From positions 620,001 through 684,000 of the forward strand of contig JBDOQK010000002.1 in NCBI GenBank assembly GCA_040437565.1: DNA of 64,000 nt, in the 5' to 3' direction. The translations under genes and the position numbers were made by a program. Positions 22,767 to 33,959 of this stretch are shown piece after piece. Under the pieces are notes generated by a model, which did no database searches, was not told the DNA's origin, and saw only the letters and a list, made by a program, of their open reading frames with translations. This DNA comes from Albugo candida (lineage: Eukaryota). How positions within the stretch are numbered: position 1 is the stretch's first letter; every line of letters starts with the position of its first letter.

Positions 22767-25700
22767 ATGCTGGACGGTAGCGATGTCGTTGGTGCTTCAT
22801 CCAAAGCATCCCTTTCACCGTCCAACACACAAGCTGATCCACATGCGCAGACCCAAAAACCAGATTATGTCGATGGCAATTCAGTACCTACAGCCGCATC
22901 GATGACACAGACACACTCTAGTTCAGATCGAGCCGTCAGAATTTTTTCTGAAAGTAATGCACAAAGCGAATCTCGAAATTCCCTCATGGAGGCTTATCAA
23001 ACTCATGTCAAGGTGCTTTTCATTCTGCGTTCTAGTATTCTTCTCGATTTCACAGTGCTCGAATAGGTGGAACGATTACGACGAAAAAACGAGGTCAAGA
23101 AACTGCTTGTTCATGCGCGAAGGAAGGCCGTTGCTCACACTACCAGTTCACAAGCGACGAGTTCAGACAAGGCTAGACGTCGTTCACATCACAAGGATAG
23201 AATTTACATCCACCATGGAGGTGAAGGCGCATTTGTTAGTAGTTTGTTGCAAAGCAAAAGCAAGGAATCGAAAAAAGCCTTCCCAAAATTCAAATTACCA
23301 AAGTTACGCCAGCGACATCAAGGCGACATGCAGATCCATGATATTAGCTGGGCTGCTCAAAAAATCCAGAATGTCATGAGACGCCACATTGCTGTTCAAA
23401 TTTTTCGAAAAAAATTATATGGAGAAGAGGAAGCTGCACGAACTAGAGCAGCACTTGGCAAGAAGTTGTTCGAAGAATGCTGCAAGTGCAACGAGTTTGT
23501 AAAACGATCTATTGTATCAAGCGATGGAAATTTCAGGATAGCAGGACCGAATCTGTCGCAAATTAGACAGCTCCTAAAGGAGGGACATAGTAGCAAGTTT
23601 CTGGATTTACTACAGCCGCATGGAGTGGCGCAGTAAGTGCACAATGGTCGCTCGCAAGCGTGCTTAAATCATAATGTCTCGATTTTCTAGACTCACAGCA
23701 CTTCACGCCGCCGCGCAACGGGGCTACACAGAAGTATCTCGTGAGATTATTGGAAGTTGGCTTAAACAAGATTTACGATACTCTCCAAACGAGCCATACT
23801 CCATCACTGCACTTGGCGACATTCTTATTTATCTCCAACAAATGCGAGGAAGAAATAAGCTGCTATGCGAAGGATCTCATGAGAATTATCTTCGAAATCT
23901 GGTCAGCCAATTGAAGATTGAAGATTACAGCCATTTTCGTGATGGCGTCGATAATTTACTTCTAATGGATGATACGATTGAGCTGACGCTATCCCACATT
24001 GTCAAACTGTGTGGCCATCCGCTAGTTTTAAGTATCGACTCGGCAGGAAATACGCCTTTGCATTACGCGGCTGAAGGCGGATATCTACCGCTATGTGAGC
24101 TATTCCTCGATTATGGAGCCAATATAAATCAGCAAAATTCTGCAGGAGAAACACCGTGAGAAATTTGCTGTATTTACTTACTGAGCTTGCTGATGTGAGC
24201 CATTGTAGACTTCACTTTGCCATATCAAGCATGCATGAAGACGTTTGCCATCATTTTGTTCATCAAGGAGCAGACGTGAACTTGAGTCGTTATGTTCAGT
24301 TGACACTGCTAAATAATGTCACTCTAACTGGTACATTTGTCGACACGCTGACCGAAGAAAACGAATACTGCAAAGTGTTTCCCGTTCTACGGTCAAATTC
24401 CAAACGGGCTGGAGCTGCAGAAGAAAGTGGCTTTCGTGAGAAAACGATGCTTGAGTTGTCGAGCTATTTCAGCTTCATACCAAGTTGGGTCACACAATTT
24501 TGCAAACCGAGCAACACTGCTGCAGCTGCCCGCACGAATGCTCGACGACCCAGGGTATCACCCGGAATGCCATCCCCTGATTTGATTAAGAGAAAGGCTG
24601 ATGGAGGAATTGATGCCCGCTTGCCGTCCGTTATCACAGTTGCAGACGGTCTTGTCGTCCGGATCAAATCTTTGGAAACAGCTTCCCCTATCTTCCGAGG
24701 TCGGAAACCGAGGGATATCATCTACTTTCGAACCTCCTCCGGAAAAATATCAGTTCGTCCAAACACGCTCTGCGCTTTTGTTATTGGAGAGCACCTTGCT
24801 TTCTCCGACGCTTTGGATGCACGTGAGGAACAAGCTCGGACGAAATTACTTCATTTATTGATACGATTTGTCCCGCATGTCGCTACCCATGCAATCAATA
24901 ACTTTCGGACGCCGCTTTTTCGGTGTACACTGGCGAAAGGAGTCCGCTCGTATCGACAGCGTTGGATACTAAAAAACAGTATTCATTCGAAAGTTGCCAA
25001 ACGCGATGGATTACTACTGGCTATGCAACAAGATGCTACCAGTACGGCGCTGGCTAAGAAAGCTGGCCTCGAGACTCGTATCAAATTCATTCAGACGGCA
25101 GGGATGCTTCGAATCAAGAATCAAGAGCATCAGCGGCTTAAACGTTTACGACGTCGCAAATGCACATGGAACTTGTTCCTCTTAATATGGCGTGGGATGA
25201 AAAAAGTCTGGAAAACAACCATCCGATTTTGGCGGTTTTTAAGCATTCAGAGTGCGTTCGAGACCGAAAGCAGGGATACAAACGAGCGAGAAGACATCAT
25301 CGGGGAGCCGAAAGGCATTCTATACGAATACGTGTATGATAGTGCGGAGTATGGTGGAGGAATCAGCCCGACACTCGATCTGATTCTAAAGGTTTGCTAC
25401 TGCTCGCCGGCCAGGCTTCAAAAATTCTTTACGCTATTTTATTCATAGACCGAGCGAAAAGAGCTGATGTATCATCCATGGGTCACACAGTTGATGGATC
25501 ACAAGTGAGCTTCTCTTTGCCTATTCCTTGTCATGTCAAATGACCGCTTTTGCACACACTAGATGGAATTCATTTGCTCGGCGAAAGCTACGCCATGAAT
25601 TTCGTATTTATTTCCTGTACTTCGTATCCTACTTTATTTCTACGTATGCCTATCATCGCTACAGAGTGCCCTACACGAAATGATTCTAGCCCTTGTANNN

Positions 25701-27110
25701 NNNNNNNNNNNNNNNNNNNNNNNNNNNNNNNNNNNNNNNNNNNNNNNNNNNNNNNNNNNNNNNNNNNNNNNNNNNNNNNNNNNNNNNNNNNNNNNNNCGC
25801 TACAGAGTGCCCTACACGAAATGATTCTAGCCCTTGTATTCTCATCCTAGCTACTTGGATGTTGGGGATACGCTGGTTGGAATGCCAGTTGGCGGATATA
25901 GCAGTCCAATTTCATTCAGACATCAGAACTGGCAAGAAAATCTACGCGATTTGGGCAAAGTGACGTGTTCCATTATCAATGCATATTACACAGTGCAAGA
26001 GGTTCAGCTTATTGATGGGGAACTTTCAAAAGTTAACTGACTCAGTTTTTGTATGCGTAGTACCGTTCCTATCGAAAGTGCGGCAGTCTACGGATTTACT
26101 TTCGAGATGGATGGAATTGGTTTGATCTCTTGCAGATATGTTGCGTCTGGCTTCTTTTCGGCACCGAAATAGCAGCCTTATCGGATCCAAATCGTGCGAA
26201 AATCTGCTATAGTACTCAACATTCATGCTTCCATTTGATGCTTCGGTTTTGTAGTTCTCACCACGGATGCATACGAGCTCGTTGTGACAGAGGAATCGTA
26301 CTATAATCGGCGAATGTGGCGTCGGTATAAGCTCCGAACCACTCTATTGAGTATTGTCGGCCCTCAAATCTTCATCAAGTGGATACAATTCGCTAGAGGT
26401 AACCAAGTTTTTGGACCTTTTGTCCGGATGATTTTCAAGGTTTCTCGCTGCTTTCATACTTCAATCTGAATCGTGGATTGCAATTTATACGCGTCGATGT
26501 ATAGATGTTTCGGGACATTTTGGTCTTCTTCATCGTATTCTGCGTGTTTCTTTTTGGCTTCGCATTTGCTTTCTTCATTCTCCAGGTTCGATCGCTTATC
26601 AAGGCACATTCACATGTTCTCATTGCGCGCAGTTGGAAGGTTTTCGCTCCTATTTATCCGCAATAACATCCGTTTTCCAATTGAGTGTGGGGTCATGGGA
26701 CTGGGAGAGTATATATGAAGGAGGACCGATAGCAATCATATTTTTCTTCCTGTATACTCTCATAGGAACCATAATGCTGCTGAATTTGCTCATCGCGGTA
26801 ATATCGCTCAGCATTACACGTCTTGTGGAGGTAGGTTTTTTTCTGACTGGATCGTCCACTTTAGATGCTTGGAAACACTTATGATAACATCTGGGAAGAT
26901 CGTCTTCTATTCTATGAGCTGGAACGGGTACATTCGTTATCTAACGGATCGACAATTTACTATTCGTGCTGATTTTGATAGGCAAAAGCAACTCTTGCGA
27001 TCCAGACATCACTGAATGATGACGAATATGACGAGCAATACTGGTGCCGCAGATTGTACGTCCTCGAAGGTGACGCACCAATTGAAGGCATTCAGCTCCA
27101 GAAATTCTGA
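22767..27110 (+). CDS. TRP-type cation channel with IQ-like motif and ankyrin repeats, multi-exon
   Basis: AQKIQNVMRRH; LTALHAAAQRG, GNTPLHYAAEGG, GETPLH; S4-S6 region FARGNQVFGPFVRMIFKMFRDILVFFIVFCVFLFGFAFAFF...GSWDWE...IMLLNLLIAMLGNTYD. Confidence 0.85.
25657..25838. repeat. 41-bp direct duplication flanking a 100-N gap, probable assembly artefact
   Basis: 25657-25697 = 25798-25838. Confidence 0.85.
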
Positions 27111-27153
27111 TGTTGCGTCGAGAAGTCCATAGCGAGTGAGTGGATCAGGTTTT

Positions 27154-29540
27154 TTACATCGAAAGTATTTCATGCTCTAGCTGAGGATCTCGAAGTTCAT
27201 TAATTGCGGTCTTGATCATTGGCTCGTTCTTGGGTCCATAGAAACAAGCTTTTGTGTAGTACTGCATTGCTTCATCCATGTGGTTGAGCTTCTTCGACAC
27301 TTGACCCATAAGATAGTACACCGATGATTCTTGCGGAGCGAGGTCCCGTACGGCCAACAATTCATCCATAGCCTATCGCATCATATCAACAAAATGTGCT
27401 ACAAATGGACGGACCAACTTACCGCATCAAATTGCTCCTGTGAGATAAGCACATTTGCGCGTTGGATTCGGGCTTGCAGATTGAGAGGCTGAAGCTCAAT
27501 CGCTGTTTCCAGTTTTTGCAAAGCCTCATTGTATTTTTTCATGGAGTGCATCACAAGGCCGACAAAATAATGCAGCATCGAGCTGTTCGAATTGATCTCT
27601 AGAGCACGCTCAAAGTGATACCGAGCAAACTCATATTTTTCTTGCCGATAGCATATGGTCCCGAGGCCGTACCATGCATTGTAATGACGAGGATCAACAC
27701 GGATTGCATGCCTATAACAATTGGCTGCTTTTTCGTAGTCTTCATTTGCGACGTATTCATGGCCAGATAGTGTATACGCGTATACAAAAGCTGGATTTAG
27801 ATGAATTGCCTATAAGGGACGCGAACTCGATCATTTTCACGGAATAAATTGACAAAATTGCCTTACGCGTTGGAAGAAGCTTAGAGCAATGTCATGTTCA
27901 CCATGCAAACTGAAACAGTTCCCAGCAGCGCACCAAGCCTCAGGTGATAGCTTGTTTAAATCGGTCGCTTTTTGAGCAAGAAATGAAAGCTCAACTTGCT
28001 TTTTCAAATGCCAAAGTGTCGTGGAGTACAAGTCTAGTCCAGTCGTGCGTTGAGGCTTCTTTTTATACAAATTGTGCAAGACTTCATAGGCCTGCACGAG
28101 TTCTCAGCTATGATACTCAGCAAAAGGAGTGCTAGCATACCTCTTTGTAATCTGCGATTTCAAAGTATGCACGGCCAAGTTGTTGTTGAGCCCAATCGGA
28201 GGAGAAATGTAGTTTTGGTAGCTTTCGGATCATCGGTATCGCTTCCTTGCATTCGAATGTTGTGATTTTGTAATAAATTGCACCAAATGAAGCGAGTAAA
28301 CATAAAAGCTACGATACGAAACCTGAGAAATAGCAGACAACGCGGTCATGTTGGCTGCCTACCTGCGATGAATGAGTATGTTCCATCTGGTTGTGCTCTA
28401 GGTTTAAATCTGTTTGCTTTCGTTTCGAAGATGTACTTCTGAGAGAGCGCGTACGATCTTTTTGCAGTGTATTCTAGTCGATTATGATCACAGTTGACAA
28501 ATAGATCTGAAGGTATCATGAGATGTTTCTAAGTTACCGGTGTGGTGTCACCTGATACCGCCGAAGTAAATGATAGTCTTGCTCTTCTAGGTAACTTCTC
28601 CGTCATATCAGCATTGTCATTTGGCTTTCTGTATGTAGAGGGGGTAGATTGCGCGTAGTTGGACGCGATGCGAGCCTTTTTCTTGACCGCACTTGGAGTC
28701 CTAGTACTGAGGATGCCACGGGGAGTCCTCAAACTCGAAGGTTGGGAAGTGTTCACATTTTGAGATGTCGGAGTTGAAGATGCTCTGGATCGACTGGTTG
28801 TCTGTCGACAAAGTTTTTTTGGAGTCATCATACTGGATGAGATTCCATCGATGATGCTCCGGTCTAATTAGCCATGTTTGTCACAAAGTTGTTTTTCATC
28901 AAAATGCTTAGTACCCGCATCAAAGTAACTTCTTTGACCGTAGAAATCCAAGGCTTCCATATTTGCTCCCAGTTCACAGAGATTTTGGTACGAAGACCAT
29001 AGAAAAGGATCTAGTTCCAAGCTGTAGACGATCAAGATAAATAAATATGAAGGACGGTGATTTTTGCCCTACCTCTCGACGAAATATTTGATCGCTCTAT
29101 CCCGCTGATTGTTCTGACGACAAATCTTTCCCATAAGATTGAAACCTGCCGCACCATTGATCACATTATCTCCATACACTTCACCTTTGTCACTTCCGGC
29201 TGGGCCTGTGAGCGCATCTGCAGCTTCATTTGTCTTGTTCTGTTGAAAGTAGCAAAGCGCCAGCATAAATCGGCTTTTCACATTCTTGACACCTTGCAAA
29301 ATTGCGATTGCATTGTTCAAATCTCCAACACGATGATAACATGTCGCCAATGTATACAGATTCTCTTCACTCGGCCGCTTTCAATAGAAATTCACCTCAG
29401 GTCCTGTGACTGCGATTTCAACATGTTAGAAGACTTACGTAGGATACTAAACGTTCAGCGAAAAAAATGGCATCATCAAGGAGAAATGAGTCGATGCAAG
29501 CTTGTGCTCTGTCCTGTAGCGCAATAATGACTGGATTCAT
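27154..29540 (-). CDS. CDC27: anaphase-promoting complex subunit 3 (TPR protein), multi-exon
   Basis: N-terminal DDAIFFAERL; LELDPFLWSSY; LYSTTLWHLKK...SPEAWCAAGNCFSL; HYNAWYGLG; APQESSVYYLMG. Confidence 0.92.
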
Positions 29541-29639
29541 TACGAATCGAAAATCTATTCACATAGCATGTTACATTGTCAGCCATCGCGTTAAAGTGTT
29601 AAATACAGATAGCCGCAAGAGTCCCAATCGCAAAGGTTG

Positions 29640-30374
29640 ATGAGAAGCGCAAAGACAGGCCAAAGAAATGCTCGTGATGTCAGAGTTGATCGACGTCATT
29701 CAAACCCTAGTCGACAATCTTCGTCATCAAAGAAACGCCTTTCTATTAAAAGTAATGCACGTAAACGTACCGAGCTGATAGGGGCGTCAAATGTGATGCT
29801 CTCAACACGCTTTGCATCGCTTGGTGATGAGAGTGTAAAAGAGAAGGGATTGATTGTGTCGACACGACCGAAATACAAAAAACAAGCAGGATATGCGAGT
29901 GCGGAAATAACGAAGATCAAGAAGAAGCCTCTATCAAAGTCAAAATCACTTAATCGGACTTCAAATAACCAATCGATCCCGCAGTTCCAGCAGCAAAAAA
30001 TCAATGCAATGACTCAGAAAAATCGTGTCAAACGCCAAGAAGTAGTAAAAAAGAGACGGAAGGGTCTTCAGCAAGTTCAGTCGAACAAAATGAAGACTGG
30101 GGGTAACAAAACAATCGTCACACCAGCTGGCAAAGAATCAAAGTCCAAGACGTTGGGAAGTGTCAATCGCAAAAAAGAAAAAAAGGTTTTTCCTATCCGC
30201 AAGAAAAAGGCTGTGAATGGAGATCAGCTGGATGTTGAGATGGATGCATATTGGCATGAAGGTGGAAAAGGTCCAAATCCGAAAGCTGCGCAATTAGATC
30301 GTCAAATGGAGCAGTATTGGGCCAAAAAATCGGATGCGGAGAAACAACCAGTTAATGAAAACAGTCAAGCTTAA
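29640..30374 (+). CDS. basic protein with CHTOP/FoP-type C-terminal duplication (UAP56-binding motifs), putative mRNA export adaptor
   Basis: K/R-rich ORF; LSTRF near the N-terminus; tandem QLDVEMDAYW and QLDRQMEQYW. Confidence 0.7.
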   Translation: MRSAKTGQRNARDVRVDRRHSNPSRQSSSSKKRLSIKSNARKRTELIGASNVMLSTRFASLGDESVKEKGLIVSTRPKYKKQAGYASAEITKIKKKPLSKSKSLNRTSNNQSIPQFQQQKINAMTQKNRVKRQEVVKKRRKGLQQVQSNKMKTGGNKTIVTPAGKESKSKTLGSVNRKKEKKVFPIRKKKAVNGDQLDVEMDAYWHEGGKGPNPKAAQLDRQMEQYWAKKSDAEKQPVNENSQA

Positions 30375-30566
30375 TGGACTTGAATTCTCTGATGGGAGTT
30401 CTTCGATCGAGTTGTGAAGACTTTATTTGCTCAAGAATATTATGCATATTTTGCTTATCTACACATCTACTAATTCATATCCGCATGCAGAGGTATCTGA
30501 GCTGCTTAACAAAGGATGAAAAACAAAATAAAAATGCTTGCCGCAAGTAGCAGTGGAAAGAGATAT

Positions 30567-31580
30567 TCAACATCTACCACGCTCAAGGTGCTCCTTCCAT
30601 GTGATCCATTCGACAGCAGTCATAGCCGGGATCAATTCTTCCGAGAATTTTTGCGCCAAGACGTGAAATCCCTAAGATTATAATCACAAAGTATCAGACT
30701 GATGTATGCGGAGTTCTTTGGCGACGTACATGGGCGTTGAAACGAAACTCATCGAAACTTTGATTTTGTCGACGTTGAAAGACTGGAAGGTCGAGACGTG
30801 GACCTAGAACAAGTGGATTCGCGTGTTTGTAGCTTCTACGATTCACACTCAACTTCAATTTGCAGGGAAAAGTGAACGGCCTACCTCGCGCAGTAGGCTT
30901 TAATCTGTTCGTTGATACCTTGCTGGATGTGGTCATTTTGAGGGGAGAGCGCAAGTGTAGCAAGGAAAACACGCTTTTCTTTTCTTCGCAAAGCGTCACA
31001 CAGCTGGATCAGATTTGACATCATATTTGAGCCATCCTTTGAGCCTCGATGGTGCCTATACAATTCGCAGGTGATCTCGGTCTACTTGAGCACACCAAGC
31101 TCATGAATGTACCTAGCCTCAATGCTCCCTGCGATAACCACAACAATTTCAGCATCCCTTGCCGACCCTGTACGAAAGATGCGATCAAAGTATTTGGCAC
31201 CCGCTTGCCAGTCGTCCGTCTTGGAAAGCGGTATTCCTGCGTTGATCACCTCCCATTTGTGTCGAATCTGCGTCAAGATTTCTTATATTCTCCTAGCGTG
31301 ATACACAAACAACTAAATTCTCAACCTTATCGCTGCGCTGAATGAATCCGTGCAGCGCCGTAGAAAGACCGCCTGAATTTCCTAAATGAAAAGAGTCTCC
31401 TATTCCCGAAGCAAAATCGTCCCCGATTATGAGAATTTTATGATGATATTCATTCACTGGTCGAGCAAAAATTGTTGTAGAGTATTGAGAGATCCAATTT
31501 CTTATTTGGAAATAAGCGATCGCGAGATGAAAGTAAAAAGAGATGGCTATCTCCCGAAGCGTCATAGTAGATCCGAGCAT
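30567..31580 (-). CDS. SGNH/GDSL-hydrolase-fold protein with N-terminal hydrophobic segment, probably inactive, multi-exon
   Basis: Block I ILIIGDDFASGIGD; block II VINAG; block III VVVIAGSIE; block V FDEFRFNAHGF. Confidence 0.7.
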
Positions 31581-31595
31581 CTTTGAAGGATACAA

Positions 31596-32508
31596 TCACG
31601 ACTGTTGATTAGATTTGGACAATTTACATTGTGCATTCCGTTTCGGTACTGCAACCTGGAAAGCTCTAGCCCAATCTCTATGATTCATGACCTCATTTAA
31701 AGCCATAATGACAGAATTAACGTTCAAGATATGTGTCCTGGCTTCCGGCATATACTTGCGAACAGGAAGTCGAGCAGTCTGATACTGTATACGAGATGCG
31801 TAATGCATTGTTTCATTCTACGGGAAAGTAATTGTTGATTACAACGAGCACAAAATCTTATGGTCGAATATACCTTGCGAACAGTACGGTCGACAATGCC
31901 ACCTATTACATAGATTTTGGTGTTATCTAGTTGGTCGATCTCGTAAGGTGCATCTGGGGAAAGGTAAATTACATCTTCAGGCTGATAGACTTCATTGAGA
32001 GGAATCGAATGCTTCAAAATCTAAGACAGGAAGGGCTCGTAAACATCGATGAGCGCGGGTAGCGTTACTGATCTCACGGGCCAACTTGCAACGCCATGCT
32101 TGTGGCACAACGTTACAATACCTCCATGATAGGAAGTCACCTCGAGACTCAGAAGCGAGCTCAGCGAGCATGATCTGATGTACCCATATGCACAACTGAG
32201 CTGTTTCAGTAGGCTATTACATTCCTGTAATTAGACATCAGACTTTTGGTAAGCTGTGATGAGATCGCAAGAGGTACCCGAAGAGTTTGCTGAGAGGTAA
32301 AGGACAAATCGACCACGACACGTAGCCTTGGAAACATCCTTGCATGAGCTAACTTTTGCTATCAGATAAGGTCTGAGTGCACGAAAAATTCATGCTTGAA
32401 AAAGCGTACGTATTGTTCAACACGGTGCATTTTTATTCTTTCAGTTTCTTCTCGTTTGTTGCTGTCCAATTCGGTCCAACTTAACGCAATTCCAGTAGGG
32501 TTTTTCAT
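31596..32508 (-). CDS. TRM10: tRNA (guanine-9-N1)-methyltransferase TRM10 family, multi-exon (copy 1)
   Basis: RVVVDLSF, IYLSPDA, IYVIGGIVDR, TARLPV, ILNVN, DWARAFQVAVPKR. Confidence 0.9.
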
Positions 32509-32961
32509 GACCTAGCCATAGAATATTACTATGTCAAGGCATCATTCTGATACTTTGAGCTGAATCTCGGTTAATTGGTTATAAACGACCTAAATGACAA
32601 AAAATCCACTGGAAGATGCTCTTGCCGCAGCTTTGTCAACATTACAACCGGAATCCGGACGGAAAGTTCACAGGAAAGAGATGAAGAGTAAGACGAAAAA
32701 CGCTCAAGCCGAAACGAACAAGCAACCAAGTATTACAGCACCCACAAGAAGGAAGAGAAACTTTCGCGAGTNNNNNNNNNNNNNNNNNNNNNNNNNNNNN
32801 NNNNNNNNNNNNNNNNNNNNNNNNNNNNNNNNNNNNNNNNNNNNNNNNNNNNNNNNNNNNNNNNNNNNNNNTTGGAAATAAGCGATCGCGAGATGAAAGT
32901 AAAAAGAGATGGCTATCTCCCGAAGCGTCATAGTAGATCCGAGCATCTTTGAAGGATACAA

Positions 32962-33874
32962 TCACGACTGTTGATTAGATTTGGACAATTTACATTGTGC
33001 ATTCCGTTTCGGTACTGCAACCTGGAAAGCTCTAGCCCAATCTCTATGATTCATGACCTCATTTAAAGCCATAATGACAGAATTAACGTTCAAGATATGT
33101 GTCCTGGCTTCCGGCATATACTTGCGAACAGGAAGTCGAGCAGTCTGATACTGTATACGAGATGCGTAATGCATTGTTTCATTCTACGGGAAAGTAATTG
33201 TTGATTACAACGAGCACAAAATCTTATGGTCGAATATACCTTGCGAACAGTACGGTCGACAATGCCACCTATTACATAGATTTTGGTGTTATCTAGTTGG
33301 TCGATCTCGTAAGGTGCATCTGGGGAAAGGTAAATTACATCTTCAGGCTGATAGACTTCATTGAGAGGAATCGAATGCTTCAAAATCTAAGACAGGAAGG
33401 GCTCGTAAACATCGATGAGCGCGGGTAGCGTTACTGATCTCACGGGCCAACTTGCAACGCCATGCTTGTGGCACAACGTTACAATACCTCCATGATAGGA
33501 AGTCACCTCGAGACTCAGAAGCGAGCTCAGCGAGCATGATCTGATGTACCCATATGCACAACTGAGCTGTTTCAGTAGGCTATTACATTCCTGTAATTAG
33601 ACATCAGACTTTTGGTAAGCTGTGATGAGATCGCAAGAGGTACCCGAAGAGTTTGCTGAGAGGTAAAGGACAAATCGACCACGACACGTAGCCTTGGAAA
33701 CATCCTTGCATGAGCTAACTTTTGCTATCAGATAAGGTCTGAGTGCACGAAAAATTCATGCTTGAAAAAGCGTACGTATTGTTCAACACGGTGCATTTTT
33801 ATTCTTTCAGTTTCTTCTCGTTTGTTGCTGTCCAATTCGGTCCAACTTAACGCAATTCCAGTAGGGTTTTTCAT
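32962..33874 (-). CDS. TRM10: TRM10 copy 2 (identical; probably artefactual duplicate)
   Basis: Same sequence as 31596-32508. Confidence 0.5.
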
Positions 33875-33906
33875 GACCTAGCCATAGAATATTACTATGT
33901 CAAGGC

Positions 33907-33924
33907 ATCATTCTGATACTTTGA
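33907..33924 (+). promoter_or_regulatory. candidate oomycete INR/FPR-like core promoter
   Basis: TCATTCT...ACTTTG about 50 nt upstream of ATG 33960, resembling the YCAYTYY initiator plus flanking element. Confidence 0.3.
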
Positions 33925-33959
33925 GCTGAATCTCGGTTAATTGGTTATAAACGACCTAA

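Noticed and set aside
32594-32771. Truncated paralogue of the 615-aa gene
   Set aside because: Part of the artefactual 1266-bp duplicate
32962-33874. Tandem TRM10 gene duplication
   Set aside because: The copies appear identical including introns and end exactly at a 100-N gap; better explained as a contig overlap
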